From NCBI GenBank assembly GCA_963741375.1, contig CAVUMJ010000399.1, forward strand, positions 1 through 56,967: a stretch of 56,967 nucleotides of DNA, read 5' to 3'. The stretch's first letter is position 1, and each line of letters starts with the position of its first letter. Below the pieces are notes generated by a model. The model searched no databases, was not told the DNA's origin, and worked only from the letters and a program-made list of their open reading frames with translations. Both the position numbers and the translations under genes were made by a program. The stretch is from an uncultured Pseudomonadota bacterium (lineage in GTDB: Bacteria > Pseudomonadota > Gammaproteobacteria > Methylococcales > Methylomonadaceae). Positions 14,402-24,349 of the stretch are shown here, piece by piece.

Positions 14402-15546
14402 TTAAAGAACTGCTTCCTTCTGATTTTATATCTTGGAGTCTGTGTGCTTACTTCCTTTGGCAGGTTTTCGTCTTTTTCAAGGGTTTAATTATACGGTTTG
14501 AAATCTCAGAATTGGCTTCACGCATTTCACCCGTCTGCGGCCAAGTTCCAGGGACATATTGGGGAACTGAGAACTTGCTGAGGCCTTACCCACTTTTTCT
14601 GCCTTATATAGTTTCCCAAATTGCACCTGTCACACAGCCTGGTGGAAACGTGGGCAAGCCACCTACTTTTGGATCTCTGGGCTCAAGTTTTTGCTAACTT
14701 TGAGGTTGACTGTGTGGGTATGAAAATAAAATCGAAATCGAACTTTTATCTCCTTTAGAAACTCTTCCAGAAAGGCTCTGAAATGCCGGAAGAGTCTTGG
14801 AAAGTTATTGATTCTCAGACATTTGAGAGGAGACACCAACGTGTCTCATGTGTGTATCATCTGCTGATTGGTAATTAATCCATCCAGTTCGGGAGCAGTC
14901 CATAGTGGCTAGGTCAAACTGCTGCAAGAGAGGGTCAACCACGTTCTCCTTGAATCTGACATTCCTGATGATTTTTATTAGAAATCAATTGGATTCAAGG
15001 TGATGAGTTCTGGGGTTTCTGGAATAAAGGAGAGAGTTGGAATTAGTCGGTCGGCAAAACAGCTAACATCTTCAGTGGGCCGCTTCTCCTTTAAAAACAT
15101 CCAAGAGACACGTGAGTAACTATTCAATCTAGTGATTGCACTTTGAAGGTCTTCGTTGTCTTCTAGGTCTGTGTTGAAGCCCAAGCGCAGAAGAGAACAT
15201 CTCACCTTGCATATCTTTGAGGCCGACAAGGCATGTGCGTATATTATGGAGTGCCGCCATTGGCAGCTAGATCTCAACCATACTGGTTGTTCTTTAAAGA
15301 ACCCCGCCTTTGGTTGTGGGAAGACCGCAAGTGCGAGAGGGCGATTCTAACCGTTTCAGAAAACTGTATTGCTCGCCAATCTGTGGGAGGTCTTCAATCC
15401 CCCAAACCCTGCGCTTTAAAGTGCCGGTTTTACGGCGAGACCGCTATGGGACATTCGACACGTCTTGGCTTTTACTAAGGCTGCGCTGAAAGTATCGGAG
15501 CCAAAATTTTTATTATTTTTTGAATTCCAAATTGAGCTTCGTCCAA
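14402..15546 (-). pseudogene. parA: Mirror copy of the ParA ATPase
   Basis: The reverse complement gives acaaccaaaggcggggttct, i.e. TTKGGVL. Confidence 0.7.
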
Positions 15547-15570
15547 GGGGCAGTTTCGAGCCAAATTAGT

Positions 15571-15673
15571 GTTCCCAGACAAAAAATATCGGTATCTCAA
15601 AAGAGTCGGTTTTTTTCGAGTTTACTCGTTTCAAACCGACTCTTTTGAGATACCGACATCTTTTGTTGGGAAC
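15571..15673. other. Palindrome apex / candidate hairpin end
   Basis: tcggtatctcaaaagagtcggttt...cgagt tt actcg...aaaccgactcttttgagataccga. There is essentially no spacer, and it lies about 75 bp upstream of the parA start. Confidence 0.85.
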
Positions 15674-15697
15674 ATGATTCGACTCGGGAGGGACCCC

Positions 15698-16842
15698 TTG
15701 GACGAAGCTCGATTTGGAATTCAAAAAATAATAAAAATTTTTGGCTCCGATACTTCTCTGTACCGCCTTAGTAAAAGCCGAGGCGTCTGGAAATATCCCT
15801 CGGCGGTCTCGCCGTAAAACCGGCACTTTAAAGCGCAGGGTTTGGGGGATTGAAGACCTCCCACAGATTGGCGAGCAATACGGTTTTCTGAAACGGTTCA
15901 GATTGCCCTCTCGCACTTGCGGTCTTACCACAACCAAAGGTGGAATTCTCTATAGTACAACCATATCGTTGAGATCTAGCTTCGAATGGCGGCACTCCAT
16001 AATATACGCACATGCGTTGTCGGCCTCTTGGATATGCAAGGTTTGATGTTTCTTTCTGCGCTTGGGCTTCAACACAGACCTAGAAGAGAGCGAAGACCTT
16101 CAAAGTGCAATCACTAGATTGAATAGTTACTCGCGTGTCTCTTGGATGTTTTTAAAGGAGAAGCGGCCCTTTGAAGATGTAATTGTTTTGCCGACCGACT
16201 GATTCCAACTCTCTCCTTTATTCCAGAAACCCCAGAACTAAGTCGCCTTAAATTTAATTGATTTCAAATAAAAATCGTCGGGAATATTGGCTCAAGAGAA
16301 CGTGGTTGACCCTCTCTAGCGGGAGTTTGACCTAGTGATTATGGACTGCTCCCCTACTGGAATAGATTAATTACCAATGCTGCTATGGTGTGCGTGTGCG
16401 ACACGTTGGTGTCTCCTCTCGAATGTATAAGTATCTATAACTTTCGAAAACTGATCAGGCATTTAAGAGCCTTTCTGGAAGAGTTTCGAAAGGAGATAAA
16501 ACCTCGATTTCGATTTTATTTTCATACCCACGCGGTTCACCTCGACCCTGGCGAAAACTTAAGTGCAGAAATCCGGAAGTTGGTACCTTGCCCACGTTCC
16601 CCCCAGGCTGTGTGACAGGTGCGATTAGGGAAAATGTCATGGAAGAAAGAGTCGGTACCGCCTCAGCACATCTCGGTTCCCGAATATGTCCCTGGATTTT
16701 TGGCCTCAGACCGGTAAAACGCGTGAAGCCACTTGAGAGATTTGGAACCGTCTTATTAAGACCTCGAAAAAGACAAAAGTCTGCCAAAGGAAGTCAGCGC
16801 ACAAACAAAAAGATAGAGAATCAGAAGGAAGCAGTTCTTTAA
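15698..16842 (+). CDS. parA: ParA-family partition ATPase with N-terminal HTH-like extension (type Ia-like); frameshifted by sequence errors and missed by the ORF track
   Basis: GGAGG RBS followed by TTG. Two-arm reconstruction gives deviant Walker A LAVFTTKGGVLK(S/T)T, TCVVGLD(M)QG, LSFIPETPEL, Walker B FDLVIMDCSP and CDTLVSPLEC, ending QKEAVL-stop. Confidence 0.8.
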
Positions 16843-16856
16843 GAAAGGGTAATCAG

Positions 16857-18183
16857 GTGGCGCTCTCCTTGAATGAACCCCTAAAAAAAGGGAAAAGCGG
16901 GTAAAACCGCAACCCCTGTGTAGCCCTGAATCCTAACCGGCGAACGGCTTCGGCCTCGGGAAGACCCAAGTCGAAATGGGAATCAAGCCGAAGCCCAGCC
17001 TAAAAACAGGTAGCAAAACCCCAGGAGCAAACAGGTAGCAAATCAGTAGCAGAAACTGATAGCAAACTGATAGCAAACCGGGAGCAAACCGGTAGCAGCC
17101 AAACCTCTTCAAAAAAACTAAAATGGTAGCACAACCGGTAGCAAGAAGGGTAGCAAACCAGGAGCAAACTGGTAGCAAATCAGTGAGCAGAATCCACATT
17201 GGGCATGAATGTAGTTGGAAACGAGAAGAAGCTTCTTTCGATCAGATATTCTGAAGAGTGCCGAAAGGAAGTGAAGTTCTTCTTCTTCCCGCCTTTAACT
17301 CGAGAATATATTTCTAAAATCCTGGAAACGAGCCATGGAACTGTAAAGAGCGCAATTTTAAGGTTGGAACGTAAGGGGTTTTTAAAGCGTCTGGGCATGT
17401 AAAGTCCGGGCCGAGGTGGATGGCTCCAGTTTTCGTTGTCCAGAGATACTTTCAAAAGCTTCTTGCTAGATGAAACCAGTAGCAAACTGGTAGCAAACAG
17501 GGAGCAAAACGGTAGCGAACTAGTAGCCAAACCGGTTTAGACAACCGGAGCAAGGCCCTAAAAATCTAGTAGTAGTAGTTATAAAGATTCGACATATTTA
17601 AGAACTACTACTACGGCCGAGTTACCTCCCGGTTGGAAATCAACGACGTGGATTTTTCCTCGTTTGACCCCAATTCGGTTCGGTCCGGCCCCAACTCTCT
17701 CAATTGGCTACAAGCCGGGATTTTTAACCTCCTGGAACAAGTTCAGGAATCAAATGGGACGCCTTTGCTTTCGACTTGGAAGCGAACGGCAAAAGTAAGA
17801 GAAATCAACGGAGCAGCAATCTAAACTACTTCATGGAGCATTCTCCCGCAAAGGGCCCTACGCGCCACCGGCCAACTACGAATCCCCAGATGTGCGACAA
17901 GATGCGTTGTCTATTTGGAAGCGAGAGAACCGGGAAAAACAAGAAGCCCGTACGAACCTTTGAGTCCCAACTAAGAAAAGGTCGAGTTTGATTGTTGGGT
18001 TGCAAATCTGTCTTCTCCTGGCGAGAAGGCGAACCTTGTTCCCCCAACAGACTTTGCAAAGGTGGGGGAGCCCAGGGCATAACGTTCAATTGAAACTAGT
18101 ACTTTTCGGGAGAATGTCTTGGCCTGGAACGCCGAGAGTTAGTTCAAAAGGGGAGGGGCGATATTGTCTCAAATAAAGTTTAG
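16857..18183 (+). CDS. Putative plasmid replication initiator / DNA-binding protein with a central winged HTH and internal 11-bp repeats (frameshifted; end approximate)
   Basis: GTG start 14 bp after the parA stop. The wHTH-like segment LTREYISKILETSHGTVKSAILRLERKGFL..GRGGWLQFSL is flanked by repeat tracts. C-terminal QVQES..AFAFDL..NYFM..L.KGPYAPPANYESP. The function is inferred from position and architecture. Confidence 0.55.
17003..17189 (+). repeat. Iteron-like tandem 11-12 bp repeats, cluster 1 (about 14 copies, consensus AAAC(C/T)GGTAGC)
   Basis: aaacaggtagc aaatcagtagc aaactgatagc aaactgatagc aaaccgggagc aaaccggtagc ... aaaccaggagc aaactggtagc; also present in the mirror arm. Confidence 0.9.
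17474..17552 (+). repeat. Iteron-like repeats, cluster 2 (about 6-7 copies)
   Basis: aaaccagtagc aaactggtagc aaacagggagc aaaacggtagc gaactagtagc. Confidence 0.88.
17569..17614. repeat. 12-bp perfect inverted repeat around a 22-bp AT-rich spacer
   Basis: gtagtagtagtt (17569-17580) / aactactactac (17603-17614); also seen in the mirror arm near 13627-13672. Confidence 0.85.
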
Positions 18184-18651
18184 AATTTACGTCGATACTT
18201 CCGTAATCGGAGGCTGTCATTTTAGACGAAGAGTTTTCAGAGGAATCGAATCGTTTATTAGCAGCAGCGAAGGGCAAAAAAACCACGTTTTGTGGTAAGT
18301 GACGTGGTATTACGCGAGCTTTACTCAGAGCGCCGAAAGAAGTTCGAGACGTTTATGAGTCTATTCCAGATGAATCAATTGAGCTGCTTTCGGCAGTAAA
18401 CGGAGAAGCCTTTGAAACTAGCGCAGGCCTATCTGGACGCAAAAGTTGTGACCGCTAAATCTCAAAATGACGCTCGTTCATTGTCTGCGTATGCAACGAT
18501 TGCCAAGAGTGGACGCAATCGTTTCTTGGAATTTTAAGCACATCGTTCGTCTCGATCGAATGAATAAGGATACTCTAATCGGGTTAATTTTGAAAAGGGA
18601 TATGGGGTTCTTGAGATTATTTCCCCTAAAGAGGTGATTATCGATGACTAA
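18164..18651 (+). CDS. PIN-domain (VapC-like) toxin, frameshifted by errors
   Basis: GGAGG followed by TTG. IYVDTSVIGGC.DEEFSEES, SDVVLREL, DAIVSWNFKHIV and ISPKEV motifs. Confidence 0.8.
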
Positions 18652-18840
18652 AAAAAAGAAGTTTGACTGTGTGGCAATGAAGCTCGCGATCCAATCCGAA
18701 ATTTACGACGAGACGAAGAAAATGAATCCGGCCCAACTTCTGGGAGTATCTCAACCCGTGAAGCCGTGGAGAAGGGGCCATTCGCAGAAAAAATGAAACG
18801 CATTCAGACTCGCCAAGAGAAGCAAAAAAAGGCAAGTTGA
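18644..18840 (+). CDS. Small putative antitoxin downstream of the PIN toxin
   Basis: Overlaps the toxin stop. MTKKKKFDCVAMKLAIQSEIYDETKKMNPAQLLEY resembles the small partners found after this PIN subfamily. Confidence 0.6.
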
Positions 18841-18928
18841 GCGCGAGCCAGCCCAGCGCTATTTTGGCCGGAGACGTCACGACCCTTAAGTTGATTTTGG
18901 ATCAAACCGCACCGGAAAGGTTGGGTGC

Positions 18929-19312
18929 TTACGGTTTTAATCGAGGAACCCCAGGCCACGAAATTGACCTTTGGGAGTGGAAAAAGAAGGCGAGAGAGTC
19001 CTTGCACCCCTGAAAAAAGTAGAATATGTACTTTGCCTTAAGCCTATTTCGTCCGTTCCAACGAGGTTCATCGAACATAGACGGAAGGCTGGCAAAGCCG
19101 CTAACGACGCAATTACTAGGTATCTTCCCAAGAAAATGGATGACGTAGTGAAGGTCGAAAACGAAAGAGTTTTCGGATCTGGGGTGGTACGGTGTCGGCC
19201 AATATCCGAGAGCATGAGTTGCTCTAACGGTAAATGTAAAAAATTCCCGAAAATCCAGAATAACGGGAACCAGGGCAATAAGAAAACATCCCAAGGCTGG
19301 CGACACGCGCAA
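18929..19312 (-). CDS. Small hydrophobic hypothetical protein
   Basis: A similar ORF is open in both arms (11928+ and 19312-); hydrophobic stretches around a WPTPY.PDPK motif. Confidence 0.4.
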   Translation of the reverse strand: MRVSPALGCFLIALVPVILDFREFFTFTVRATHALGYWPTPYHPRSENSFVFDLHYVIHFLGKIPSNCVVSGFASLPSMFDEPRWNGRNRLKAKYIFYFFQGCKDSLAFFFHSQRSISWPGVPRLKP

Positions 19313-19332
19313 GCGGAATTTCTGATCCTTTC

Positions 19333-19546
19333 TTAAGCACTCAAATTATCCATCTCTACCGTGAGGTTTTTTTTAGTTCTCAAATAGTGGATGTACCCCT
19401 CTCTGGTTTTGATGACTACCTTATGATGTTGTCCTAAGATCTCCTGACTTGGTAAGTTTTTAGGGCTTGTTTCTTGGAGATGCGGCCAAACCCCTGCGCA
19501 ACCCCATATCCCACGACCTTCCCCTGTTTATTTATAATGCTGAGCG
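19333..19546 (-). pseudogene. 3' part of a DUF3892-like gene interrupted by IS21
   Basis: Reconstructed NKQGKVVGY...GRISKKQALKLTKSGDLDN..VVKTREG..YLRTKKNLTV.DNLSA-stop resembles the DUF3892 signature (ISK.EA, YLRS, NL). Confidence 0.55.
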
Positions 19547-19735
19547 TGTTCCGTTTCCCACCTACCTGGACGTTACATCTTTCCGGGGTGTAATTCCCAC
19601 CTAATGGACGCACAGTATTGGGGGACCTCTTCTCCCCACCCACAAGCGACGACACTTTAAGGCAGGGAATCCACAGCGAACTCTACTACCCACACGGAGA
19701 GCGTATAATGATGATCTCCTGAAAAGGGGATCTCA

Positions 19736-21327
19736 ATGACTCACGCGGGACAACAGGAGACGGCAGTTGGAGCGAAAAATAGTTGAGTATTTGATGGGCT
19801 GGCGAGTCCCACTGCGCTGGGTTATGCGTAAGCTTACAGGCTATATCGGTCGACTCGCCGGGTGCGGCAGGTCCGAGAGAAAGCCGAAGCTTACGGGTAC
19901 TCTAAACGGGTCGGTGCCACTGCCGCCTTATCCCCAAGCGATTTTCCCCGATCCGGTCGACGGCCGGTCTGAGAGAGAAAATGTCAACGACGTCCTGCTC
20001 GGCTGCAAAGAAGGACTGGTTGGTGGAGAGGTTAACAGCTGGTTGGCGTCCGAATCACGGTTTTCACTGAAGAAATTGGGAGTCGCGGTATCTCGTTCAA
20101 GCTTCTATCGGTTTTTGCACCGTCAGGGTCTGTACGACATGGGCCAAGGCGAATCGCCGTGCGGTGCCCGAGTAATCGTTCACCGGCCTGGGGAGAGTTT
20201 GCTTCTGGATCTGGGGAAAGCTGCGGGGACGTGGTCCGATCCGCAGTCGGGAAAAAGAGTAACACTGTGGGCGTCGCCTTGGGATTTTAGGTTTCAGCCG
20301 CTACATGATGGTGAGACTGGTTTGGACCAACGATATCCCGACGACGCTGGATGCTGATTGAAAGAATGTTCGCGGAGTCTTGGCGGCGTACCAGCCAGAC
20401 TCACCGTCAAAGACAATCCAAAGTGCTTTGTCATGCAGGCAAGTTAACTAGTGAGCCGCTTCTAAACCCTGTGTTTGAGCGGTTTGCCCAGCATTACGGC
20501 GTTATTGTCGAGTGCTTACCACCCCTGGATATTCCGAGAGAGAAGGGCAAAGTAGAGACGGCCAATGAACTACGTGCGCCGTCTTTACGAAGCCCATGGA
20601 AGCGATTGGCTCGGACTTGAGGAATCCCAAAGCTACATGGATCGCAAGGTAGCTTTGGCTAATGAGCGCCGTCATGGCACCACGCTTCGACGTCCTATCG
20701 ACGATTTAATCAATACGGAAGCGACTGCACTAAAAGCGCTTCCCGCGCTCGCCTTTGAGCGAGAGGAGTTTGCCGAAAGCTATGTGCGCAAAGACGGGCA
20801 CGTTCGCTTCGCCAACAAATATTACTCCCTCGAAGAGCAATACATCGGTGAGGACGTCTACATCTTAGCAAACCAAAGACAGGTCGTTTTTTACTTCAAG
20901 GGTAAGGTCATCGAAGTACACGAGCGGCTGTGAGGTATCCATATCGCTCCAAGCAAACGAAAAACCACCATCTTAAACCATGGGAGCAGGCGCTGTGGTG
21001 ACGAATCTGTCTTATAGAAAGCGGGCCGCCGCCATCGGCCCCGATGTGGAAAGACTCATAGTCATCATCCTGCAACAGGGCCAGGGGTTTATCGACACTC
21101 AAAAGATCTGGGGCATCCTAGCCTAGAAAACGCACACCGCCATAGCTATCAATCGTGCGTGCAGAGAGGCGATTGAGCTGCAGTCGTTTAGCTACCGCAC
21201 GGTGAAGATGTTGGCCAGCCTAAAGCCAAAACAATCGACTCAAATTACCGAAACAGCGATGGGAGAAAACAAATTTATTCGCCCTTTAGCCGAATATCAA
21301 AAACAGCTTGAGCTTGTAATCAACTAA
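19736..21327 (+). CDS. istA: IS21 transposase IstA (frameshifted by errors)
   Basis: VSRSSFYRFL, HRPGESLLLD.G, LNPVFERFAQHYG..ECLPP..P.EKGKVE and VRKDGHVRFANKYYS motifs. Confidence 0.85.
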
Positions 21328-21329
21328 CC

Positions 21330-22126
21330 ATGGAGAGGAAAAAAAACGTGAACGTAGAAGTAGTAAAAAACCAAATGAAACAGCTGCGGCTAGCCACAGC
21401 AAGCAAAGAACTCGACGATGTACTTGCGCAGCACAAAAAAGCAGTCTCTCTGAGCTGGCTTGCTGATCTGCTCGAGCGAGAACTCAACGCCAGAAAGGAA
21501 AACTCACTCAAACAACGGATCCGCCTTGCGGGCTTCCCCGAGATCACGGCCCTTGAGAGCTTCGACTGGAGCTTTAATCCCGAATCAACGAGCCAAAGGT
21601 GAGAGAACTGGCATCGCTCGACTTCGTCGAGGAACGAAATAGCCTTGTTCTTGGGGTGCCCTGGGGTAGGCAAAACTCACTTGGCGCTTGCTATAGGCAT
21701 CCTCGCCGCTCAAAAAGGACATCGTGTCTTCTGGACTTAGGGTTGCAAACGCTTGGCCGCGCAGATCACCTTAGCCAAACTCCGAAACAACACGCTCGCA
21801 TCCAGCTCTTTAAAAAACTTCTGAGCTCGCGGCTGTGGAATCATCGATGATTTGTAAAGGTGTGGTCACAATGAACCGCGAGGTCGCCGAAGAGGTCTTC
21901 GATCCTGCTCGACCGGCGCAGTACAAACTCCACCGCCATGACCTTCAGCCAGCAACCGCGGACGTCGCCGAATGGGGCCAGGTCTTCCCTGAACCCGTTC
22001 TCGCCAATGCCGCCATCGACCGGATGTTTGACCGGGCGCACATCCCTAACCTTCACCGGACAAAGCTACAGGCTAAAAGGAAGGATCAAAACCAGGGAGA
22101 TTGACACGGAACTGAACAACACCTAA
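21330..22126 (+). CDS. istB: IS21 helper ATPase IstB (frameshifted by errors)
   Basis: RIRLAGFPEITALESFDWSFNP, Walker A G.PGVGKTHLA, EWGQVFPEPVLANAAIDRM and FTGQSYRLK motifs. Confidence 0.88.
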
Positions 22127-22202
22127 ACGAAGAACTTAAGACAGGTGTCGTCGGTTACGTGGGAACGCACTTGCTCGTCTCGGGTTTGGTGGGGGACGGA
22201 CA

Positions 22203-22588
22203 GCGAGCCGGTTCACTGTATTTTTGATTTTTTCTCCCCCACCCAGAATTTTTATCGACTGAATAGCTTCCAAAATGACTGATTCTTCGGAGAACTGGAA
22301 TCATGAGGCTAGTCGGAATAAGAACATACCGCTTCCATTTGCCAAATGTCTATAGCGGTTCCATTAAAAATCTTCCACCAAGCGGTATGCCTGAAGATGG
22401 TTTTTCCATCAGCTCGCCTAAACCCATCGGTGTCCAATGCTCGGATGGGGACTTTCGTCTGGGTTCCAAAAGATGAGCAATTGGTTTGGTGCCAGAAGAA
22501 TTTTCAATAACAAAGAGACTTTTTGAACTGTGGTTTAGCAACCTGGCCCGGCCCCAGCTTTTTTTTTTTGATTTCTCTTATGGCTCAT
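22203..22588 (-). pseudogene. 5' part of the IS21-interrupted gene
   Basis: Reconstructed LNHSSKS.FVIENSSG.KPIAHLL...RRADGKTIFRHTAWWKIFNGTAIDIWQ...GWGEKI runs up to the IS end on the same strand as the 19333-19546 part. Confidence 0.45.
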
Positions 22589-22746
22589 TCGTGGCCTCTT
22601 CTAGGAACTCTGGTTATTTCCCGCCCTTTAGTTTTAACAGGCAAAAGACGGAGGATCAGAAAACGGGGGAGCGTAATCGAATTGGGGGGGGCGATTTAAA
22701 GCCGCGAGCTGGGTAGTGAGAAATTAAAGGGGATAGTCCAGGTCCA

Positions 22747-23533
22747 TCAGAGGTCATCGGAATCAAGGACACCCTTTTTATTTTCTTGTTTGCCGCCACT
22801 GTCAGAGGTCGAGCTGGAGGCCTTCTTTTGAAAATCGATGAGAGCTTTAAGTTTAGCGTGTTCTTCGCGGTAGTGGTCGCGTTCTTGTTCGACCTGGCGC
22901 CGACTTGTCTCGGCATTGCGCAGGGCGCGGTGTTTGTCACTTTTGAGCGGCGTTGAGCTCAGCTCTATTTTCATCCGCAATCTTTTTGTACTTTTCCTCC
23001 AGGGCGTCTTGGAGGGTGCGGGCCCGGAGGCTTGAGAAAATCAAAAACAGGATGGGGGCACTCGATCGCAAGAACTTATCCATAAAATCCACCGGACGGT
23101 ATCTTAGGTCGTAGAGTTCCTTTTTCGGGGCTGGATTGGTGGGGGCGAGGAAGCTCAACCCTTCTGGAATAATGGACCACAGGGCGTGGTTGATGGGATG
23201 CTTTGACGGAGTTGAAGGCGTTAAAGATAAAGATTCCGTCTATGGGGAGTTTTTGGAGGGTTCCAGCTTGAGTCGCGAGGTAGACTTTTGGAAATCCCAC
23301 CAGGAGAAAGACTAAAATCCCGGACAGCTGGGGAATGATAAGCCCCAACCAGGAGTAGTCTTCGAAAAAGCCTTGAGCGCTACTATCGAAAGCCCAACGA
23401 AGAGCGCCGAGGCAACAATCACGGGTAGGCAGTAAAAAAGCAGGTAGGGAATAAGTCGCCAAAGAAAGTAAAGAGCGGGGCAGCCGATAAAAACGGCAGC
23501 AAAGAGGATTTGGGTGCCGCGGTCTTGGTTCAT
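22747..23533 (-). CDS. Hypothetical membrane protein with C-terminal coiled coil (about 260 aa reconstructed)
   Basis: ATGA overlap with the upstream gene. Several hydrophobic segments, then LEEKYKKIADENRAELNAAQK...EQERDHYREEHAKLKALI. Confidence 0.6.
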
Positions 23534-24331
23534 GGCTGCACCCCCGGTGGAAAGAGCCGGGATAGAAAGTGGTCGTAGTGCTCAATCAAAATATTTGGGT
23601 TGCCGCGAGAGGCCGCTAGGATTTCTTTGGCGATGTCGGGTCGGCGGGTGACGTAGAGAACCTTTTGGATGAGTCCCATCCCCGCATGGCGTAGTGGTAC
23701 TCCCGTATTTTTCGTTCATAGCGAATCCTAGCCTTTCGGGCGGGTTCGACTTCGAGAGCGATTCTTTCTCCCTTGGAGTTTAAAAACAGCCCGTCCGGGA
23801 TAAGGCCTTCGGGTAAAGAGCGCCTTCGTTCTGTGAAGCCTTCAAAGCGGTATCGGTGTTCCGGGCACCTATCCAAAGGCCTTGCCGCTTTTTCTCAAGC
23901 GCGATTCGGGTGAAGGTGATGGCCTTATCGTGTTCGAAGGTGCCAAGGTCCACACTTCTCGGGGGAGGGGCAAAGGCGCGTTCTGGGAGCTTTTGAACGA
24001 GTGTGAGGTAACCCCAGGACGTTGCACAGAGTAGGTAGACGCTTTTGGATTGCATTGGGGCTGGGTGGGTTGCGATGAGTTTCCACTTTTCCAAAAGTCT
24101 TAGTCTTTGGCGGGTGACTTCAAGGTTACGGGGGAAAGGGTCCCGTGGGACTCTTTCTGGAATCAAACAGCGCCAGGTAGGTTGCTTCCAAAAGTCAGAG
24201 AAAGCCCTGTTCCAAAAGCAGAGCAAAGAGCTGGTAGTCGCGAGGGGTCAGCCGAAGCGATGGCCGCTCTGTTCAGGCCTTTGCCGGCATAGCTCTTACC
24301 GACTTAATCGATTCCCCAATTTGGATTTCAC
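23530..24331 (-). CDS. Replication-relaxation-like protein (wHTH + PD-(D/E)xK nuclease fold), frameshifted
   Basis: RDYQLFALLLEQGF, RQRLRLLEKWKLI, TFEHDKAIT..RIALE and IPDGLF...RIALEVE.ARKARIRYERKI motifs. Confidence 0.68.
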
Positions 24332-24349
24332 CCACCAAGCACCCCACAA

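Larger units (their letters stand above)
19547..22202 (+). mobile_element. IS21-family insertion sequence
   Basis: TG...CA ends: IRL tgttccgtttcccacctac and IRR reverse complement tgtccgtcccccaccaaac, with extra subterminal cccacc repeats. Contains istA and istB. Flanks gctgagcg / gcgagccg may be an error-blurred target duplication. Confidence 0.82.

Noticed and set aside
17003-17552. CRISPR array
   Set aside because: The units are 11-12 bp, degenerate and abutting, with no unique spacers and no cas genes.
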